DNA of 32,000 nt from Thermomonas fusca DSM 15424 (GTDB lineage: Bacteria; Pseudomonadota; Gammaproteobacteria; Xanthomonadales; Xanthomonadaceae). How positions within the stretch are numbered: the stretch's first letter is position 1; each line of letters opens with the position of its first letter. This document shows, one piece after another, positions 23,446-32,000 of this stretch. The stretch lies in NCBI RefSeq assembly GCF_000423885.1, contig NZ_AUIV01000002.1, positions 1-32,000 of the forward strand, given 5' to 3'. The notes under the pieces were generated by a model. It made no database searches, was not told the DNA's origin, and saw only the letters and a program-made list of their open reading frames with translations. Both the position numbers and the translations under genes were made by a program.

Positions 23446-24702
23446 TCAGGCCATTGCGCTCAACACCGGCACGATCACGTTGTCCGGCATCAGCTTCGGC
23501 ACATAGGTCTGCCCGTCGATCCAGGCATCGACCATGTTGGCCCACTCCTGCAGCATGTGGCGCCGCTGCTCGGCGTACTCGGCCTTGTTGTAGATCGAGC
23601 GCGAGGAACGCCCTTCTTCGTGCGCAAGGCACTTCTCGATCCAGTCTCGGTTGAACCCGATCTCGTTGAGCAACGTCGAACCTGTGCGGCGCAGATCGTG
23701 GACGGTGAACGGCTCCAGCGGCAGGCCTGCGGCCTTGGCCCGCTGCGCCACGATCTGCGTGACCCGATTGAGAGTCGCGTGAGACATGCAATGGTCTGAG
23801 TCGTAGCGCGATGGCAGCACAAACTTCGAGCCGGCCGCGCAAGTGTGCAGTGCCACCAGAATGTCCAGCGCCTGGCGCGACAGGTAGACCACATGTGGGT
23901 TGCGCCCCTTCATCCGCTGCTTCGGGATGGTCCAGGTCGCGTTCTCGAAATCGACCTCGTCCCAGGTGGCCTCGATCAGCTCGCTCTTGCGTACCAGCGT
24001 CAGCAGGATCATTCGCAACGCCAGCCGGATGGTCGGATAGGTGGCCACCGACTCCATCTGCCGCGACATCAGACGGATCTCCAAGGGCGACAAGGCACGG
24101 TCCTTGGGCACGAAGGTCGCAATCGACGCAGCGCCCACGTTGGCCGCCGGGTTGTCCACCTTCTCCCCATGCAGGATGGCGAAGGCATAGACCTGCTTCA
24201 CGATGTCGCGAATGTGCACCGCGGTGGCCGGGGCGCCCCGCCCTTTCACCTTGCCGCACAAGGCGCGCAAGTCGTCGGCGGTGATTTCGTTGAGCAGGCG
24301 GTTCTGGAAGGCCGGCAGGATGTCCCGATCGACGATGCTCTTGCGCATCGCTCGCGTGGTGTCGGCCATCCGGGCACCGGCCATCCACTGGGCGGTCATG
24401 TCGCCGAAGTTCTTGGCGGCGGTCAGGCGGCGCTTCTCGCGCTGCTTCTCATGCGCCGGGGACTTGCCCTGGGCGACGGCCTTCTTGGCGTCCAGCAGCT
24501 TTTCGCGGGCCATCGCGAGCGAAATGCCGGACGGCCCATACCGTCCAATGGTCAGCGTCTCGCGCCGGCCGTTGAGACGGTAATCGTAGCGGAAGGTGAC
24601 GGTACCGGTGGTTGATACCGTTACGTACATGCCGTCGCGGTCGGAAGCCTTGTAAATCTTGGACTTAGGCTTGAGATTGCGTAGTGCGGTGTCGGTAAGC
24701 AT
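23446..24702 (-). CDS. int: Tyrosine recombinase/integrase, P4-like (DUF4102 N-terminal domain)
   Basis: Has MLTDTALRNLKPKSKIYKASDRDGMYV.V...G...FRYDYR..GRRETLTIGRY, and C-terminal HDLRRT...L and LAHE....YN catalytic-region motifs. Confidence 0.92.
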   Translation of the reverse strand: MLTDTALRNLKPKSKIYKASDRDGMYVTVSTTGTVTFRYDYRLNGRRETLTIGRYGPSGISLAMAREKLLDAKKAVAQGKSPAHEKQREKRRLTAAKNFGDMTAQWMAGARMADTTRAMRKSIVDRDILPAFQNRLLNEITADDLRALCGKVKGRGAPATAVHIRDIVKQVYAFAILHGEKVDNPAANVGAASIATFVPKDRALSPLEIRLMSRQMESVATYPTIRLALRMILLTLVRKSELIEATWDEVDFENATWTIPKQRMKGRNPHVVYLSRQALDILVALHTCAAGSKFVLPSRYDSDHCMSHATLNRVTQIVAQRAKAAGLPLEPFTVHDLRRTGSTLLNEIGFNRDWIEKCLAHEEGRSSRSIYNKAEYAEQRRHMLQEWANMVDAWIDGQTYVPKLMPDNVIVPVLSAMA

Positions 24703-24723
24703 CGAGGTTTTTCCTCCTGTTCA

Positions 24724-24888
24724 TGACGGCTTTTACCGTCAGGGGTCAGGAGACCTGCTGATGCTCGGAAAGCCGCATGAAACAAGCTTTCCTGAGGAGT
24801 GATTTACCGTCAAAGACCGGTTTGGTCTGGATAGTAAACGGGAGGGTCTTAATCCGGCCTCCGGTTTCTACCGTCACCTCTACCGCCA
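24724..24888. promoter_or_regulatory. Cluster of (T/C)TACCG(T/C)CA repeats in the int-guaA junction arm, candidate arm-type recombinase sites
   Basis: Copies at 24733-24741, 24804-24812, 24868-24876 and 24880-24888. The first forms an inverted repeat TGACGG-N6-CCGTCA (24724-24741) just upstream of int. Confidence 0.4.
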
Positions 24889-25003
24889 ATCCGTTTTGCT
24901 GGTCGGCGATAGCCACCGATAGCTGTCGTGACGTATTTCTTTCTAAATCAACACGTTACGCCAGTTTTTCGATAGGTCACGATAGTCCCCGAAAGACCTG
25001 ATT

Positions 25004-26578
<1,575 letters not shown>

Positions 26579-26609
26579 GTGCTGGCAGTTTTTCGGCATT
26601 GGATACAAC

Positions 26610-26633
26610 AAAGGGAGTCTTGCGGCTCCCTTT
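26610..26633 (-). terminator. Hairpin AAAGGGAG-N8-CTCCCTTT between guaB and guaA (terminator/attenuator-like)
   Basis: 8-bp perfect stem, followed on the minus strand by the T-rich TTTGTTGTAT. Confidence 0.45.
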
Positions 26634-26644
26634 GCGTGGATGGA

Positions 26645-28135
<1,491 letters not shown>

Positions 28136-28283
28136 TCATTGTAACCCTTTTTTCGTTTTCACTCCCGAAAACCGGGCCGGCGCCTCTCGCTGGATCGGCC
28201 ACGGCCGGCCTCGCAAGCCGCTCCCCGATAGGCCGCCCCGTGGCCGATCCTCCGCACCAGGAGCGCGCATGCAGGAAGAACCT

Positions 28284-29150
28284 TCAGCCCTTCGCGTCCG
28301 CCAGCTCCGCGGCCTCGAGCGTGTTCTGCATCAGCGTGGCGACCGTCATCGGCCCTACCCCGCCCGGCACGGGCGTGATCCAGCTGGCGCGCTTGGCCGC
28401 CTCTTCATAGCCTACGTCGCCAACCAGCCGGCCATCGTCCAGACGGTTGATGCCGACGTCGATGACCACCGCGCCTTCTTTCACCCACTCGCCGGGGATC
28501 AAGCCGGGCTTGCCGGCGGCCACCACCAGGATGTCGGCGTCGCCGACATGGCGCTTGAGCACGTCCATCGGGGTGAACTTGTGGCAGCTGGTCACCGTGC
28601 AGCCGGCGATCAGCAGCTCCTGCCCCATCGGACGGCCGACGTGGTTGGACACGCCGACGATGGTCGCGCTCTGTCCGCGCACCGGCCGGTCGGTCCAAGC
28701 CAGGAGGGTGGTGATGCCGCGCGGCGTGCACGGGCGCAGGCCGAACTGGCGCAGCGCCAGATGGCCGACGTTCTGCGGGTGGAAGCCGTCCACGTCCTTG
28801 TCGGGGTGGATGCGTTCGATCAGCGCGCTGGCGTCGCGGATGCCCGGCAGCGGCAGCTGGATCAGGATGCCGTGCACCCGCGGGTCGGCGTTGAGCCGGT
28901 CGATCAGCGCCACCAGCTCGGCTTCGCCGGTGCCCGCGGGCAAGTCGTAGTCGAAGGCCTGGATGCCCACTTTTTCGGCGGCGCGCTTCTTGTTGCGCAC
29001 GTACACCGATGACGCCGGATCGCTGCCCACCAGCACCACCGCAAGGCCGGGCCGCGACTTGCCGGCGGCCAGGCGCGCGTCCACCTGCGCCTTCAGGCTG
29101 TCGAGGAGCGCGTCGGCGATGCGTTTTCCATCAAGGATTCTTGCGGTCAT
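28284..29150 (-). CDS. folD: Bifunctional methylenetetrahydrofolate dehydrogenase/cyclohydrolase
   Basis: Has [12 protein letters not shown]...[24 protein letters not shown].., [15 protein letters not shown]. Confidence 0.95.
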   Translation of the reverse strand: MTARILDGKRIADALLDSLKAQVDARLAAGKSRPGLAVVLVGSDPASSVYVRNKKRAAEKVGIQAFDYDLPAGTGEAELVALIDRLNADPRVHGILIQLPLPGIRDASALIERIHPDKDVDGFHPQNVGHLALRQFGLRPCTPRGITTLLAWTDRPVRGQSATIVGVSNHVGRPMGQELLIAGCTVTSCHKFTPMDVLKRHVGDADILVVAAGKPGLIPGEWVKEGAVVIDVGINRLDDGRLVGDVGYEEAAKRASWITPVPGGVGPMTVATLMQNTLEAAELADAKG

Positions 29151-29206
29151 TCGGCGGGGCTGGGTAACGGGCGGATGCGCATTATCGCGCAGCGCGCCCG
29201 CCCGGC

Positions 29207-30253
29207 CTATTCCGAACCCTGCAGCGGCGCGTCCGGCTGTGCCACCTGCGGCACTACCTGGCCAGCGGCGGGGCAGCGCGGCACGCCCGAGCCCACCACG
29301 CAGTTCACGCAGCAGGTCGGCGCCACCGGTGCGCTGGGCAGGAAGCTGGGCGGCTCCACCGGGCCGATCTTCGCCAGCTCCACCTGAGGCTTGAGCTTGA
29401 GCACCGCCGCCCAGTCCTGTCGGTTGAAGCTGCAGGCGAGCAGCGTCTCCGGCGAGCATTCCACATCGCCATCCGAGCGGCGCGGCAAACCCCACAGCTG
29501 GCCCTGCGCATTGAGGTTGAAGATGCGCATGGTCACCGCCTGCTGCACGTTGCCGCCCACCGCATAGGCCTTGCCGTCGACGGTCGCGACGATCAGGTCG
29601 CAATGCATCGGCAGGCTGGTGGTGCTGCCGTCGATCGCCTTCAGCAGACCATCGTGGCCATACACGCGGCCGGTGCGCACGTAGCAGAGCATGTCGCCGG
29701 CTTCCAGCTTCGCCGACATCGGTTCCAGAAAGCGGTACGGACTGCCGGCGTCATCCTTGCGCGCCGCGCGCACGTAATCGAAATGGCTGGCCGAGCTGCG
29801 GAACCCCGGCACGCCGGCACGCTGCATCACCCAGCTGATGAAGGCGGCGGACCACGGGTTGTCGATGACGAAGCCGCGGCAGCCCAGGCCCGGGTACGCA
29901 AGGTTGAGCGCGGCGTAACCGCAATCGCTGGCCCCAGGCTTGAACCCCATCGGCGACAACAGGCCGCTGGCCTGCCAGTAGAACGCCACCCGCCGCCACG
30001 GCGAGCCACCATCCTTCAGCCCGTTGGCTTCAGCCTCGTAGGCATTGAGGCTGGCCAGCCTTCCGTCGGCGTCAATGAACGGCCGGTTCCAGCGCAGGTG
30101 TTCGTCGCAAGCGATGGCGGCGATACGGGTGGCCACCTGCGGGTCGGACTGGCGCTGCGACAGCGTCGGGCACTGGTCGGCGGCAAGCACCTGTCCGGCG
30201 GCCAACAACAAGCAAGAGGCCAGCAGGCGACGCATCCATGCGAAGTCGGTCAT
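29207..30253 (-). CDS. Secreted DUF2272-like protein
   Basis: Signal peptide [18 protein letters not shown], then ..[14 protein letters not shown].., GGNV. ATG 30253 overlaps the moeB stop (ATGA). Confidence 0.65.
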   Translation of the reverse strand: MTDFAWMRRLLASCLLLAAGQVLAADQCPTLSQRQSDPQVATRIAAIACDEHLRWNRPFIDADGRLASLNAYEAEANGLKDGGSPWRRVAFYWQASGLLSPMGFKPGASDCGYAALNLAYPGLGCRGFVIDNPWSAAFISWVMQRAGVPGFRSSASHFDYVRAARKDDAGSPYRFLEPMSAKLEAGDMLCYVRTGRVYGHDGLLKAIDGSTTSLPMHCDLIVATVDGKAYAVGGNVQQAVTMRIFNLNAQGQLWGLPRRSDGDVECSPETLLACSFNRQDWAAVLKLKPQVELAKIGPVEPPSFLPSAPVAPTCCVNCVVGSGVPRCPAAGQVVPQVAQPDAPLQGSE

Positions 30254-31383
30254 CGGTCAGCTCCAGCGCACAGCGCCATATAGTCGGGATAGCCGTTGAA
30301 AGCGCGATCCGGTGCGCAGACCGGACACTGCGGGTCTGCTTCCACGCGGAATTCTCGGAAGCGCATCGCCAGCGCATCGAACTGCAGCAGCCGGCCGGCC
30401 AGGGATTCGCCGATGCCCAGCACCAGCTTGATCGCCTCGGTGGCCTGCAGCAGGCCGATCACGCCCGGCAGCACGCCCAGCACGCCGGCTTCGGCGCAGT
30501 TCGGCGCGGCCTCGGCCGGCGGCGGTTCCGGGAACAGGCAGCGGTAGCACGGCGCCTGCCCACGCCGGCGGCCGGCATCGAACACGCTGGCCTGGCCGTC
30601 GAAGCGGTGCACCGCGCCATGCACCAGCGGCTTGCCAAGATGCACGCAAGCGTCGTTGAGCAGGTAGCGCACCGGGAAGTTGTCGCCTCCATCCAGCACC
30701 ACCTCCATGCCTTCGAGCAGGCGCTCGACGTTGCCGGCGCCCACCCGTTCGCGCACCGGCTCGATGCGCGTGCGCGGGTTGAGTGCGGACAGCGCGACCG
30801 CGGCAGACTCCACTTTCGGCATGCCGATGCGGGCGTCGGCGTGCAGGATCTGCCGCTGCAGGTTGCTGCGGTCCACCACGTCGTCGTCGACGATGCGCAG
30901 GTGGCCGATGCCGGCTGCGGCCAGATAAAACGCCGCCGGTGCGCCCAGCCCGCCCGCGCCCACCAGCAGCACGCGCGCGGCTTCCAGCTTTTTCTGCCCG
31001 TCCACCCCGACTTCCGGCAGGCGCAGGTGGCGCGAATAGCGTTCGCTGAAATCGGCGTCGATGTCGGGCTTGCGCATCGGCAGGCCGGCGGCCTCCCATG
31101 CGCGCGTGCCGCCTTCCACCGAGGCGAGGTTGCGATAGCCCAGCGCCTGCAGCGCCTGCACGCAGGCCAGCGAACGCACTCCGGCCTGGCACAGCAGCAG
31201 GATTTCGGCGTCATGGTCCGGCAGGTGTGCGGCCGGATCCTTCAGCAGATCTTCGCGGACGATGCCCAGCGCGCCCTCGGCCATGCCCAGCGCCTGCTCG
31301 TGGGCGGCGCGCACGTCAATCAGCAGCGCACCTGCCTGCTGGCGGGCGTAGGCGGCGGCGGGGGAAAGACTGCGAACGCTCAT
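30250..31383 (-). CDS. moeB: ThiF/MoeB-family adenylyltransferase with N-terminal rhodanese domain
   Basis: Has ILLLCQAGVRS (rhodanese Cys loop), then RYSRHLRLPEVG..GQ.KL..ARVLLVGAGGLG.PAA.YLAAAGIG.L.IVD.D.V..SNLQRQ and CxxC pairs. Confidence 0.85.
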   Translation of the reverse strand: MSVRSLSPAAAYARQQAGALLIDVRAAHEQALGMAEGALGIVREDLLKDPAAHLPDHDAEILLLCQAGVRSLACVQALQALGYRNLASVEGGTRAWEAAGLPMRKPDIDADFSERYSRHLRLPEVGVDGQKKLEAARVLLVGAGGLGAPAAFYLAAAGIGHLRIVDDDVVDRSNLQRQILHADARIGMPKVESAAVALSALNPRTRIEPVRERVGAGNVERLLEGMEVVLDGGDNFPVRYLLNDACVHLGKPLVHGAVHRFDGQASVFDAGRRRGQAPCYRCLFPEPPPAEAAPNCAEAGVLGVLPGVIGLLQATEAIKLVLGIGESLAGRLLQFDALAMRFREFRVEADPQCPVCAPDRAFNGYPDYMALCAGADR

Positions 31384-31429
31384 GCGTGGATTATCGCCCG
31401 GGACCACGCGGCCCGTCGTCGCGCCGCAT

Positions 31430-32000
31430 TCACTCCGGCGCGCAGCCGGCCGCAACGAGATCGTCGGGGGTATTGAGATTGCCGAAGCGCCGGCCCTCGC
31501 AGGCGACCACAGGCAACGCCAGCGCCGCCTGCATCGCCCGCACCGAATGCTCGCCTCCCGCCAGTGCGGAAGCCAGCGCAGCGCGCAGCGCATCCACGCG
31601 ATACAGCGCCACCAGCGGCTGCAACCCATCGTCGTCGGCCGCCACCGCGCCCTGCCCGCCCGCGTTCGCCAGCAGTCGCAGCAGATCGGCATCGGTATCC
31701 ACGATGTCCACCGGCAGGGTGAACAGCCACGGCGTGGTGCAAGCTGCAGCCAGCGCCTCCAGCCCGGCCAGCGGGCCAACATCGGGCCGGCGGTCCGGCA
31801 CCGCTTCCAGTCCGTGTCGGGCATAGCGCGGCAGATCGCGGTTGGCGCTCACCAGCACGGCCCCGCATTCACCGCCGAACCTGCGCGCGATGCGCAGCAC
31901 CTGTGGCAGGCCGTCGCGTTCGATCCAGGCCTTGTCGCGCCCGCCCAACCGGCTTGCGCGGCCACCTGCCAGGATGCCCAGGCTTAGCTCCGTCGCCAGC
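31430..32000 (-). CDS. mobA: Molybdenum cofactor guanylyltransferase, 5' end at or beyond the window edge
   Basis: The frame stays open to position 32000. LGILAGGRASRLGGRDKAW is the MobA N-terminal motif. The track start (TTG 31948) is internal. Confidence 0.8.
   Translation of the reverse strand, partial: LATELSLGILAGGRASRLGGRDKAWIERDGLPQVLRIARRFGGECGAVLVSANRDLPRYARHGLEAVPDRRPDVGPLAGLEALAAACTTPWLFTLPVDIVDTDADLLRLLANAGGQGAVAADDDGLQPLVALYRVDALRAALASALAGGEHSVRAMQAALALPVVACEGRRFGNLNTPDDLVAAGCAPE

Larger units (their letters stand above)
362..25003. mobile_element. Integrase-proximal arm of a Tn4371-family-like ICE inserted at the guaA 3' end (far end outside window)
   Basis: Contiguous ICE backbone gene set (int, radC, parB-like, DUF932, DUF736, DUF2958, DUF2285, repA, parA, DUF2840, traF, relaxase). 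It abuts the guaA stop codon, and int is the last gene before guaA. Confidence 0.75.

Noticed and set aside
23084-24388. 434-aa minus-strand ORF overlapping the integrase in another frame
   Set aside because: The integrase frame (23446..24702) carries the recognisable tyrosine recombinase motifs. This frame is Arg/Gly/Ala-rich noise.
24703-25003. A tRNA gene as the integration target, and CRISPR arrays anywhere in the window
   Set aside because: No cloverleaf-compatible sequence lies next to int; the junction abuts the guaA stop codon instead. No regularly spaced short repeats with unique spacers were seen. The only regular repeats are the three iterons.

Overview
High-GC proteobacterial chromosome segment. 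The right ~7 kb (25.0-32.0 kb) is housekeeping, all on the minus strand: guaA, guaB, folD, a DUF2272-like secreted protein, a rhodanese-ThiF/MoeB enzyme and partial mobA. The rest (about 362-25003) is the integrase-proximal arm of a Tn4371-family-like integrative conjugative element (ICE) inserted at the 3' end of guaA. Reading leftward from the junction it carries: P4-type tyrosine integrase; a two-gene toxin-antitoxin-like pair and alpA; cargo; radC; DUF2958; DUF932; a ParB-like protein; DUF736; more cargo; a second DUF2958; DUF2285; an HTH protein; repA plus iterons; then parA, an RHH protein, DUF2840 and traF; and finally the relaxase. The relaxase gene is cut by an IS21-family element (istB 3' end at 1-269), so the window starts inside that IS and the ICE transfer genes and far end lie outside it. 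Two lower-GC cargo inserts hold four TIR-domain proteins. Spot counts of single 60-nt lines gave about 47-52% GC in cargo against about 72% in backbone. (i) 7.0-8.75 kb looks like a type II Thoeris pair (TIR-like ThsB plus 2TM-Macro ThsA) behind an XRE regulator. (ii) 16.7-21.9 kb holds two convergent operons I cannot assign to any characterised system: TIR / SLOG / TIR-like on the plus strand, and TIR / Nmad2-like / MazG / UDG-fold glycosylase on the minus strand. These are my main candidates for an undescribed nucleotide-centred immune or modification system. The ICE backbone also contains a family of long GC-rich non-coding leaders upstream of DUF736, DUF932, DUF2958 and radC. They have conserved blocks and hairpins that keep their position while changing sequence, which suggests a structured RNA or single-strand DNA element. 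All protein family calls are motif-level recognition from memory. No database search was run.
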